From Isurus oxyrinchus (Eukaryota), in assembly GCA_026770705.1 (NCBI GenBank), contig JANJGN010000038.1, forward strand, positions 6,386,001-6,450,000: a stretch of DNA of 64,000 bases. The letters are read 5' to 3'. Positions 1 to 11,539 of the stretch are shown here, one piece after another. The notes beneath the pieces were generated by a model. That model did not search any database. It saw nothing but the letters and a program-made list of their open reading frames with translations, and was not told the DNA's origin. The position numbers and the translations under genes are program-made. Each line of letters starts with the position of its first letter. Within the stretch, counting starts at the first letter, position 1.

Positions 1-2345
1 TTCAGAGTCGGATTATGATTAATTGAGATTAAGCTGCAGAATGATTCCGATTCACATTCAGACGAATTCAGATTCAGGTTCAGTTTCATCCAGCTTCAAC
101 TTCGGAATGTTATAGATTCACATTGAGATTTTTTTTCATATTCTGATTCGGTTTGATTCATGTCCTGATGCATGATTCAGATTCTCATCAGAAGCATTTA
201 GATTCGTATTCAGAATGACTCAGCTTCACATTCAGATTATTGCAGATTCACATTCAGAATAATACAGGTTCACTTTCAGAATTATACAGATTCAGATTCA
301 GATTGATTCAGATTGTCATTATAAACGATTCCGTTTCATATTCAGGTTGATTCATATTCAGATTCAGACCCAAATTCACAATGATTAAGACTCCTATTCA
401 CAATAATTCTGATTCACATTCAGGATGATTCAGGTTCTCATAGGGTGTGATGCAGATTTTGATTCAGATTCAGATTCTGAATGATCTTGATTCAATTTCT
501 GAATGATTCATGTTCAGATTGAGATAGGCTCATATTAAGATTCTGGTTGAATCAAGTTAGAATTCACATTCATAATGATTTAGTTTCATATTCAGAATGA
601 TTCGGTTTCACTTTTAGAATGATTCAGAGTCAGGTTCAGATTGATCCGGATTTGGATTCAGAATTATTTCGATTCATATTTTGAATGGTTCAGATTCACT
701 TTCATAATGATTCAGAATCGGTTTATGATTAACTGAGATTCACCTATGGAATGATTCCGACTGACATGCAGATCGATCCCTATTCAGCTTTAGAATGATT
801 TAAATTCACATTAAGAATGATTGAGATTCATAAACGGAATACCTCTGCTTCAGAACAAGAATCAGTCAGATTGATGCAGAAATATCTTTGGCTTGTTGTA
901 GATTCGCATTGAGATTGCTTCATGTTAAGATACCGATTAATATATATTCAGGTACACAATGATTGAGATTCTGTTTCAGAAGAATTCAGATTCATATTCA
1001 GGATGGCTCAGATTCACTTTCAGATTAATTCTGATTCACATTCAGATTGATTCCCATTCACATTCAGAATGTTACATGTTCACATTCAGAATGATGCACA
1101 TTCATATTCAGAATGATACTGGTTACCTTGAAGAATGATGCAAGTTCCCACGGAGTTTGATTCAGATTTGGTCAGATTCACATTTTGAATGATTCAGATT
1201 CATATTTAAAGAGATTCATACTTGAAATTAGCACCATTCATGGATTTTCAATTAATTATGTGAACATTCAGAACGTGTTGGTCTCATAATAGGATTCAGG
1301 CTCCGGTTCACATTCAGAATGATTTATTATCGTATTCAGCATGACTCAAGTTCAAATTAAATCAGATTCACATTCAGAATGACTCAGATCCACATTCATA
1401 TTCATATTCAGAATGATATCAGATTCACATCCAGCAGGACACACCTTCTCATTAAGAATTGTACAGATTCACATGCAGAATCATTCGATTCCCATGTGGA
1501 ATGGTTCAGATTTGCATTCAGATTCAGTCACATTCTGAAACATTCAGATTCACCTTCAGAATAATTCAGATTTAAAACTTGTGCCATTGAGTTACATTCA
1601 GATTCACATTCAGAACGATCCTGATTCACATTATGATTCAGATTCACATTGAGATTGAAGCATATTATGGTTGAGGTTGAATCAGGCTTCCATTCATATT
1701 CACAATGATTTGGATTAATATTTAGAATGTTTCAGAATTATATTCAAATGTTTCAGATTCAGATTGAGGTTGATTCCATTTCTGGTTCCGAATGATTCGG
1801 ATTCACATTTTGAATGGTTACGATTCACGTTCAGAATGATTCAGTATCGGATTTTGATTAATTGAGATCAACCTACAGAATAATACCGATTCACATTCAG
1901 ATTAATTCACATTTGGATTAAGAGTGATTCAAATTCTCCTTCTGACTGTTGCTCATTCACATTGAGATTTTTTTCATGATTAGATTCGGATTGTTTCATG
2001 TCCTGATTCACAATGATTCAGTTTCCCATCAAAAGAATCTGGATTCATATTCAGAATGACTCACATTCACGTGCAGATTAATTCAGATTCACATTCACTT
2101 TGAATCAGATTCACATTTAGAATGAAATACAATCATATTCGCAATGATACTGATTCACATTCAGAATAACTCAGATTGAAATTGAGAAGGATTCCAATTT
2201 ATGTTGAGATTGACTCAATAGGATTCATTTTGCTTCAGTTTCGGATTCACATTCAAAATGAATTAGATTCATATTTAGAACGATTAAGATTAACATTTGG
2301 AATTATTCATGATCAGATTCAGATTGATTCAGATTCTCATTAAAA
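1..2345. repeat. Degenerate GATTCA-based satellite (about 22-bp unit like GATTCACATTCAGAATGATTCA), left part
   Basis: Continuous recurrence of gattca/cattca/gaatga hexamers; diverged higher-order blocks start at about 1, 711 and 1840. Confidence 0.9.
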
Positions 2346-3528
2346 TGCATGTGATAATGTGCTGCGTAAAAAGGTTATTGTACAATGTAGGATCTCATGG
2401 GATTTGGGGCTAATGTACTAGCATGGATTCAGGATTTGGTAACACACAGAAGGCAACGAGTCGGGTTGAAAGGGTCTTTTTCAGGTTGGAAAGATGTAAC
2501 TAGTGCATGCCACAAGGATAAGTCACAAATCGTTCATAATTTGCTATCTATATTAATGACTTGGAAGAGTGGGGAAAGTGTAATGTTTCCAAATTTACTG
2601 ATGAAACAAAAATAGGTGGGAGGGCAGGTTGTGGTGAGGACATAAGGAATGTTCTTGGGGATATAGATAGGTTGAGTGAGTGGGCAAAAAAATGGAAGTT
2701 GGTGTTTAATGTAGGAAATTGTGAGGCCATGCATGGCAGGAAAAATCAAATGGCAGACCTTTATTTAAATAGAGAGGAACTCCAAAAAAGTGATGCACAG
2801 AGGGATCTGGGTGTTCCTGTACATGGAAAACAAAATGTTAGCATGCCGGTGCAGCAAGAAATTATAACGGCAAATGGAATTTTGGGCTGTATTGTTAGGG
2901 GGTTGGAGTTCAAAAATAACAAATTCTTGTAACAACTGTAGAGGTTTTTGGTGAGGCCAAACCTGGTTTGTTGTGTACAGTTTTGGTACCCATATTTAAG
3001 AAATAATATACTGGCATCGGAGGCAGTTCAAATAGATTCACTAGGCTGATGGCTGGGATGAAGGGGTTGACTTATCAAGAACGGCTAAGCAGATTTGGAC
3101 TTTATTCATAAGATTATAGACGAATGAGGGGTGATCTTTTTGAAACGTACAAGATTCTGAGGGTGCTTCACAGGGTAGATGTTGAGAAGATGTTTCAACT
3201 GCTGGGGAGAACAAGAACTGGGGGCATAGTTACAGGATTAGGGGCACTCCTTTATAAATGAGATGAGAAGCAATTTCTTCTCTCAGAGGATAGTGAATGG
3301 CTCGAATTCTATATCCCAGACAGTTGTGGAGGTTAGATCACTGCAAGCTTCTAAAGAAGAGATAGATAGTCTTTTGAAATGTCAGGGAGTTGAGGGCTAC
3401 AAGGAGCTGGTACGATAAAGGTGGTGAGGAACGGGGCAGGTCAGCCATCTTCATATAAAATGGCGGGGCAGTCTTGAGGGCCGAATAGCCTACTTGTGTT
3501 CCTGTTTCTTATGTTCCCATGTTCTTAT
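2346..3528 (+). mobile_element. CR1 LINE 3' fragment (RT remnant and 3' tail) inserted in the satellite
   Basis: ORF remnants WIQD..RRQRV, SKFTDETKIGG (FADD region), RDLGV; tail ..cttatgttcccatgttcttatg. Confidence 0.9.
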
Positions 3529-4985
3529 GATTCTGTTTCATATTCATATTGATTATATTTTGAATGATTCAGATTTGTAGTGAGAATGATCCAGATTCAC
3601 CTTTGTAATAATTCAAATTCACATTCAAAATAACTGTGGCTCATGTTCAGAAATGATCACTTGGAGGTTCAGATTGATTCCGACTCATGTTCAGAATCTT
3701 GGAGCTTCTGATTTAGATTGAATCAGATTCTCATTCAAAATGTTTTATAATTATGTTCAGAACTATTCATATTCAAATTGCGATTGACTCAAAGTCACAA
3801 TCAGAATAATTCTGAGTTGAATTCATAATGATACAGATTCAGATTCATAATGTTTCAGGTTCACTCTCTGAGTGTTTAATGTTCACATTCATATTGATTG
3901 AGGTTCACGTTGAGAACTATTCAGATTCACATACAGAAAGATTCAATCTCAGAACGATTTCGATTCAACTTCAGAATGATTCATTGTTGGATTCAAATGG
4001 ATGCTGATTCTGATTGAGAAAGATTCAGATTCAGATTTATAATGACTCCAATTAATATTCAGATTGTTTCTATTCACATTCATTCCAATTCAGATTCACA
4101 TTCATAATGATTCATATTCACGCTCAGAATGATTCTGGTTCACAGCCAGAAAGAATCTTTTGAAGGTTGCGATTGATTTGGATTGATCTGAATTATTGAG
4201 CTTCTTTTTCAAATCCAGTTGTTAACATTCAGAAAGACTCAAAATTCACGTTCATAATGATTCTGATTCACCCTCTGAATGATCCAGGTTCACACTCATC
4301 TTGATTCAATATCACATTGAACAGTATATAGATTCGCATGCAGAACGTTTCACACTCAAAATAATTCAGAATTCATTTCATAATGATTCATTTCCTGATT
4401 AAGAATGATACTGATTAGGAATCAGAATGATTCTGATTCACGTTCAGAATAATTATGGGTCAGATTCTGATTTTTTCCGATTCACATTGAGAGCAGTTCA
4501 GATTCACATTCAGAATAATTCAGATTCAAAATCCGAAATATTCTGATTGACAAAGAGAATGATTCAAATTCGGATTCAGCTTGATTCAGATTCGCATTGG
4601 GAAACATTCAGATTCAAATTTAGCACCACCTAGTTAAGGATCGTAATTGATTCAAATGAACATTAAGAATGTGTGAGGTTCACATTCTGATTGATTCAGA
4701 TTCACATTCAGAATGATTTAGATTAATATTCAAGTTGATTACGTTTCAAATTGAGAAGTGTTCACATTCATATTCAGAATGATGCAGATTCCCATTCAGA
4801 GAAAAATATAATCAGATTGTTGCTGATTCATATTAAAGTATGTACATATTCTGATTTGGATCGTTTCAGAATCGGATTCAGGTTTATTCAAGTTCAGAAT
4901 GATTCAAGTTCAGATTGAGATTGATTCAGATTCTAATTCAGAACGATCCAGATTCTGTTTCAGAATGATTCAGATTCACAATTTT
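3529..4985. repeat. GATTCA-based satellite, right part
   Basis: Same hexamer-derived units resume directly after the LINE tail. Confidence 0.9.
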
Positions 4986-4989
4986 AAAT

Positions 4990-6130
4990 CATTCATGGGA
5001 CGTGGCCTTCTCTGGCCAGCATTTATTGCCCATGGCTTTTGCCTGTCGCTGGTGGTGAGCTGCCCAATTGCACCACTGATCTCCATGTGGTATAGGCGTA
5101 CCCACAGTGGTGAGGAACGGAGTTCCAGGATATTGGCCCAGCCACAGTGAAGGAACAGCCAAGTCAGGATGGTGAGTGACTTGGAGGGGAACTTCCAGTT
5201 GACAGTATTTCCATCTATCTGCCCTTCCAGATGGGTGTGGCCATGGTTTTGGAAGGTGCTATCGAAGGAGGCTTGGTGAATTCCTGCAGCGCTTCCTGTG
5301 GATGGTACACGATTCTTATACTGTGTGTCGGTGGTGGGGGGAGTGAGTGTTTGTGGACGTGGTGCCAATCAAATGGGTTTGTTTTTTTCCTGGATGGTGT
5401 CAAGCTCCTTCAGAATTATGTAAGCTGCACTTAGCCAGTAAATTGGGGATTATTCCATCACACTCCTTACTTGTGCCTTGTAGATGGTGGGCAGGCTTTG
5501 GGTAGTCAAGAGGTGACTTATACGTCACAGCATTCCTAGCCTCTGACCTTCTCTTGCTGCCACAGTCACCCAGGATATTGATTGTGGGGTTATCAGCGAT
5601 GAGTTGCCATTGAACAGGGGGCAGTGATTGGGTTCTCCCTTTTGGAGATGGTGAATACCTTACTTTTGTGTGGTGTGAATATTAATTGCCACTTCTCAGC
5701 CCAAGCCCGAACATTGTACGGGTCTTGCAGCATTTGGGCATAGACTGCTTCAGAATCTGAGGAATTGCAAATGTTGCTAAACATTGTGCAATCATAAATA
5801 AACGTCCCCATTTCTGACCTTATGATGAAGGAAGGTAATTGATGAAACAGCTGAGGATGGTTGGGGCGAGAATACTACCCTAAGGATCTCCTGCAGTGAT
5901 GTCTTGGAGCTGAGATGACGGACCTCCAGCATCCACAAGAACTTTCCTTTCTGCTAGGTATAACTTTAACCAACCGAGACTTTTCCCCTGATTCCTATTG
6001 ACTTCAGTTTTGCCAAGGCCGCTTGATGCCACACCTGGTCCAATGCTGCCTTGCTGTCAAGGGCAGTCACTGTCACTGTCACCTCAACACAGGAGTCCTT
6101 TGCCCATTGTTTGAACCAAGTCTGTAATGA
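4990..6130 (-). mobile_element. CR1/L2-group LINE 3' fragment (second LINE family)
   Basis: Remnant QDPYNVRAWAEKWQLIFTPHKSKVFTIS; same family and 3' end as copies at 41.7, 43.4, 50.2 and 55.1 kb. Confidence 0.8.
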
Positions 6131-7379
6131 ATATTTGTGGTCCAGCTATATCAATCCCTAAAATAAATAGAACTCCTGCACTAGGAAATTTCTCCACCAC
6201 TCCAACAATCACCTCTCTTGTTTTCAAATCGCCTTTTAAATTTAGATTTTTTTAATAACTAAATTGGCTTGAACGGCCATGAATTCCATGAACCAACGCA
6301 TTCTCTTTAGTAACTCCTCTGGACATCAGATGGCACTTTCACATAGCATTAATGTGTGCACAGGCCCTGTATCTCTTAGGGTCTTAATCGTCCTTCCTGC
6401 CTTGCTCGGAAAGCATGGATACACTTTCCCTTCGCATTTGAACTATTTAAGGGTCTCTGTAACTTGCCCTTGAGAACTTCCTTAGGCAGGTTGTGAAAAC
6501 ATCCCCACCTCTCTGACGAATACTGACTATTCCGTTTTCACCTTTGCAAGGGATATTGGCGTGCCCTGCATGTGTTCATCTTTAGAAGACTGGTATCGTT
6601 CAGCTTGCTCCTTGTTACTAATACTTTTATAATCAGTAGGTTTCTTTACCTCTGATTCTATTGCTGATCTTTTTCCTACACTCAACTATGTGTGTGAAGT
6701 ATCAAAATTATCGGATAAAACCGCGATTTCCCTGGAGCTTTTAATGGTATTTCATCTAAATATGTCTTGATGGTTATTGGAATAGTAGTCCTACATTATT
6801 CCATAATCATAATGTTTTTTAAATTGTCATAAGTCTTATCTAACTTCAAAGACATAAGATTTGGTTCCCGAAGAATTTATTTAATTTTCTTGAAAACTCT
6901 ACAAATGGTTGATTAGGTCTATTTCTTACAGACATAACCTTCAACTGATAAGCTTCAATGCCAATTTCATAAACATTTAGTGTTGCCATTTTAGCTTCCT
7001 CGAAGTCTGCACATGGTTCCTCTAATAAGCTCGTGTACAGAATCGTTGCTGTACCTGAAAAACACTTAGTAACATTATAGTCGAAGTATCTCTTGGCCAA
7101 TTCAATTTCATAGCTACCTTTTCAAATCAGGTGAAATATCTTTCAATTCCATCCTCCGTAAAATTAGGCACGAACTTAAGATTTCCTCAAAGAAATCAAA
7201 GTCACCACCTGAATCAACAACTCTCCTTTCCTCCTTTATTCTAAGTTTTACTTTAGACAATTCATACTGCCTGGCTTCTTTCTCTCTCTGAAACTCTATC
7301 TCTCTACTTCTCTCTTTCCTCAATTGCTACCTTCTGTCTCTATTGTTGAAGTTCGAGCTTTCTCATTTCTATTTATTAA

Positions 7380-7650
7380 GAACATAGCAACATAAGAAAT
7401 AGTAACAGGGGTAGATCATTCAGCCCCTCGAGCCTGCTCCGCCATTCAATAACTTTTTCTGGTGTTTCAAAATCCACATTTCCACATAACCCAGAAAGCC
7501 TTTGAGTCCCTTGCCTAACAAGAGCCTATCTATCTCTGCCGTAACAATATTCAATGACCCCGCCTTTAATACCTTATGAGGCAGAGAATACCAAAGTCAT
7601 ACAACACTCTTTGAAGAAACAATTCCCCTCATCTCTGTCCTAAAAGACCT
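7380..7650 (-). mobile_element. CR1-type 3' tail fragment nested in the Gypsy remnant
   Basis: aagaacatagcaacataagaaatag..cagcccctcgagcctgctccgccattcaat is the reverse of the CR1 3' end seen elsewhere in the window. Confidence 0.75.
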
Positions 7651-7699
7651 ATTGCAACGTTTCTCTTTTCCTCATTTTGCTCTTCTTCCTCGCTCCCCA

Positions 7700-8228
7700 T
7701 GCAAGCGTTTTTATTTCTATTTATTTTAACCCAGAAGTACAGCCAGGATCGGGAACTTCGCCGATTACATTGCCCGCAAATAAAACATTTTGCACTTCCG
7801 GGGTCCATATCCCTCTATTCCCACCCTCTTCATGTATTTGTCAATTCGCCTCTTAAACACTACTATCGTACCTGCTTCCACCACCTCCTCTGGCAGCGAA
7901 TTCCAGACACTCACTACACTCTGCATAAAAAACTTGCCCCGCACATCACCTTTATAGTTTCCTCCTCTCACCTTCAATCTATGTCCCCTAGTAACTGACT
8001 CTTCCACACTGGGAAAAAGCTTCTGACTATCTACTCTGTCCATGCCACTCATAATTTTGTAAACTTCTATCAAATCGCCCCTCAATCTCAGTCGCTCTAG
8101 TGAGAACAATCCGAGTTTCTCCAACCTCTCCTCATAGCTAATAACCTCCAGACCAGGCAGCATCCGGGGAAACCTCCTCTGCACCCTCTCCAACGCCTCC
8201 ATATCCTTCTGGTAATGTGGCGACGACT
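7700..8228 (-). mobile_element. CR1 LINE 3' end (ORF2 C-terminus open)
   Basis: ORF 7765-8235 LERVQRRFPRMLPGLE..SYEERLEKLGLFSLERLRLRGDLIEVYKIM..WNSLP. Confidence 0.9.
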
Positions 8229-8714
8229 CCTTCAATCTTTCCTCCCTATATTTTGTGCCGACATAATTGCTGGCACTTCTCGCATCTGATACAAAAGTTT
8301 TAATTGCAATATCACGAAATTTATCCTGACAGTACAGTGCAGCACGAAAGTGGAGTTACATTCTTGAAGGGGTCTTTAACGGGAAGAGACCTTATCATCT
8401 GCCAGCTCTGGGGGTCCGTGTCGACCACTGAGATCCCAGGCAACTGCCAGGAGAGGCGCTGGGAGTTATTATTGTGGCTCGTCAAAATCTCTAATAGTCT
8501 GAAACTATGAATTGCCCTATCGTGGCTTTCTATCTGAGGATCATTTTTATACAGCTAGGCTGTGGAGCTTTCCAATAGTGAGCCATTTTACAGTAATTCA
8601 CAGAGTGAGGCCGCCTCTCGAACCCAGCTGGACATAATACGTTGTAAAAATACGTTTTGGTCTGAACTTCTTGTTAGTTTATCTTTTGCGGTCTCTTTCT
8701 TCAATTATTTAAAT

Positions 8715-9750
8715 ATCACTCGCGGAGTATCACAGGGATCAGTATTTGTGCCCCAGCTATTCAGAATATATATCAATGATTTGGATGTGGAACCCAAATT
8801 AATATTTACAAGTTTGCTGACGACACGAAACTCGGTGGGAATGTTAGCGATGAGGAGATTATTAAAAGGCTTCAAGGAGACCTTGACAGGTTGGCTGAGT
8901 GGGAAAATAATTGCCATATGCAGTATAACGTCGATAACTGTGAAGTTATCCACTTTTGTAGGAAACACAGAACGGCAGGGAATTATTTAAATGGGAATAA
9001 CTCGGAAATATTAATGTACAAAGGGGTCTGGGTGTCCTTGTACACTAATCACTGAAAGCAAACATGCAAGTGCAACAAGCAATTAAGAAGGCAAATGGTA
9101 TGTTGGCCTTCATTGCGAGAGGGCGTGAGGACAAGAGCAAGGATGTCTTACTGCAGCTGTACAGGGCCTTGGTGATACTACACCTGGATAATTGTTTGTA
9201 GTTTTGGTCTCCTTACCTGGCAAAGGGTATACTTGCCATAGAGAGAGTGCAACGAACGTTCACCAGAGTGATTCCTGGGATGGCAGGATTGTCATATAAG
9301 GAGAGCTTGGTCCGAATAGGCCTGTACTCGTTGGAAATTAGAGGAATGAGAGGAAATCTCATAGAAACATATAAAGTTCTGACAGGGATGGATAGACGGG
9401 ATGCATGTATGATAGTTCCTCTGATTGGGAAGTCTAGAACAAGGGGTCAAAGTCTCAGGGTATGGGGTAGACAATTTAGAACTGAGAAGAGGAGAAACTT
9501 CTTCAATCAGAGGGTGGTGAACATATGGAATTCTCTGCCACAGAGAGCTGTGGAGCCCAGGTTTTTGAATATATATAAGAAGGTAAATGGTAGATCTCTG
9601 GGCTCTAAAGATGCTAAGGGGTATAGGGCCAGCGCAGGAGTGCAGCATTGAGATAGGGGATCAGCTGTGATCATATTGAATGGCGGAGCAGGCTCAACTG
9701 CCGCAATGACTTACTCCTGCTCCTCATTTCTATATTTCTCCATATTCCTA
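8715..9750 (+). mobile_element. CR1 LINE 3' fragment
   Basis: GVSQGSVFVPQLFRIYINDLD, QRTFTRVIPGM, RGNLIETYKVL, WNSLP; CR1 tail. Confidence 0.9.
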
Positions 9751-10104
9751 TCACCTTTAAAACGTTATTTATGCCATTTCCTTTCTCTGTGTGGCGTTCC
9801 CACGTTTGATACAAGGTGTTTGTGACTGGTTTTTGGTTCTCCATGTTTCAATGCATTATTTTATATTTATTAGGTATTTGCCCTTTCCTACTTTAAAACG
9901 AAACATAATTTATCATGTTAATCACAGGAGACGTTCCTGTCGCATAAAGGACAATTTCTAAACAGCATCAACTGCAAAGCAGGATATTTGACACAGAAAC
10001 CAGTGAAATGAATATCATTTTGTGTTTCAACCAATAGCGTTGCTGTTCCCAAGAATTGATAAAGACACTCTCTCTCACTCAATTTCTCTCACTCTCTCTT
10101 ACAG

Positions 10105-11014
10105 CTAACTTGGCAGTGACTATGATCCTGTCTCGAGGAAGATGCGGTCTCTCCAGGTGCATCAATTACTATTTAGTTTCTATGGCCGTGTCGGACCTCA
10201 TGGTCATTATCAATTCTGTGATATTAAACCGGATCACTGGTATTTATTTCTCGTTTAGTTTCTGGCCATCAGACCGCTCTGCAGTCTCCGTTCTATCTTC
10301 AACTATGCAGCCTTAGGCTGTTCAGCACTGTTAACGTTCGCTTTCACCTTTGATAGATTTGTGGCCATTTGTTGTCAAAAGTTGAAAATAAAATATTGCA
10401 CCGAGAAGGCGGCAGCGCTGGTTATCAGAACAGTCTGTGCAATCAGCTGTTTTATAACTTCCTTCTTGTATTTTATTTATGAAACTTCGCACACAATTCA
10501 CAATGTACCCTGGTTCTGCAGCATAAAAGGCATATTTTATACATCACCTTCTTGCGTGACATATGACTGGATTCTTCACATTTTTAACCCTTGTCTCCAG
10601 TCCATTCTGATTTTATTTCTCAATGCTCTGACTGTCAAGCACATTCTTGCGGTCAGTCGGGCCCGCAGGAGACTCCGAGCCCAGAGCAATGGAGAGAATC
10701 AGTGTGACCCAGAAATGGAGAAGAGGAGAACGTCCATTGTTTTACTCTTCACCATTTCAGGCAACTTCATCACATTATATTCGTTAACTTTTATAACCTT
10801 CCTCTACATCAGAATTGCGAGAGTTACTTATTTCTCTGGTTCCAATTTCAATGAATCAAATTTCATTCTGGAGGAAAGTGGATTTATCTTGAAACTTTTC
10901 AGTTCCTGCATCAATCCTTTTATTTATGACGGAAGCCAGAGTAAATTCAGAGAGGAGTTAATAAATAGGGTGAAATATCTACTCAGTTTAATTTTTAAGT
11001 TATTTAAATTATGA
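10105..11014 (+). pseudogene. Class A GPCR of GPR139/GPR142-like type, main exon, one frameshift
   Basis: Polypyrimidine tract and AG at 10103-10104; ANLAVTMILSRGRCGLSRC..YLVSMAVSDL; -1 frameshift near 10262; then TFAFTFDRFVAICC (DRY-equivalent) and CINPFIY (NPxxY), stop at 11012-11014; first exon not identified. Confidence 0.85.
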
Positions 11015-11539
11015 GAAAGGTAAATCCTACACGAATGGCACATAATAACTGATCTGTTTGTTCTCCAGCTCTATGTAACAACTGGCCTCTTTTCGCAGGT
11101 ACAAAGTCACTCTCTTCACAATTTTTGCCCCTTGTGTAATTTTTAAATTGTATAAGGAACTATCACCACATATTTCAGCTTTGCAGTGTGTTCTTGGTCA
11201 GTTTCTGGTTCTTTTACCAGTTGTGACCCAAACCTGGTTCATTCTCACAGCTCCACAGGCGCCGCACTATCACTAGAGTAATATGGGTGAGAGAGTCTGG
11301 CCTCTCATCTCTCATTGTATACGAATTCTAATTGTCAAATGAAGGAATCTCAATATCCCGCCTGAGTAGAGATTGGATCACGAGGGTAGAATACGCTCTG
11401 AAATTGGAATGCTTATTGTTCCATGCACTGTACCCCTTTTACTAAGCACCGACACGCACCCACACAGCTGTGTCACTGTCTTGTGTGCATACATTTAATA
11501 GGAATGTAACTAGTGGAAGGGATTAGTTAAGTCTCTCAG

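Larger units (their letters stand above)
6150..8300 (-). mobile_element. Decayed Ty3/Gypsy LTR-retrotransposon gag-protease remnant, interrupted by two LINE pieces
   Basis: Minus strand about 7170-7090 reads VPNFTEDGIERYFT*FEKVAMKLNWP (gag-like); AYQLKVMSVRNRPNQPFVEFSRK; protease-like IKTLRDTG at 6388-6365; E/R/K-rich coiled-coil segment. Confidence 0.7.

Noticed and set aside
1-4985. CRISPR-like repeat-spacer array
   Set aside because: Vertebrate satellite with no conserved repeat and unique spacer alternation and no cas genes
9840-10060. First coding exon of the left GPCR
   Set aside because: No convincing ATG and splice donor could be identified
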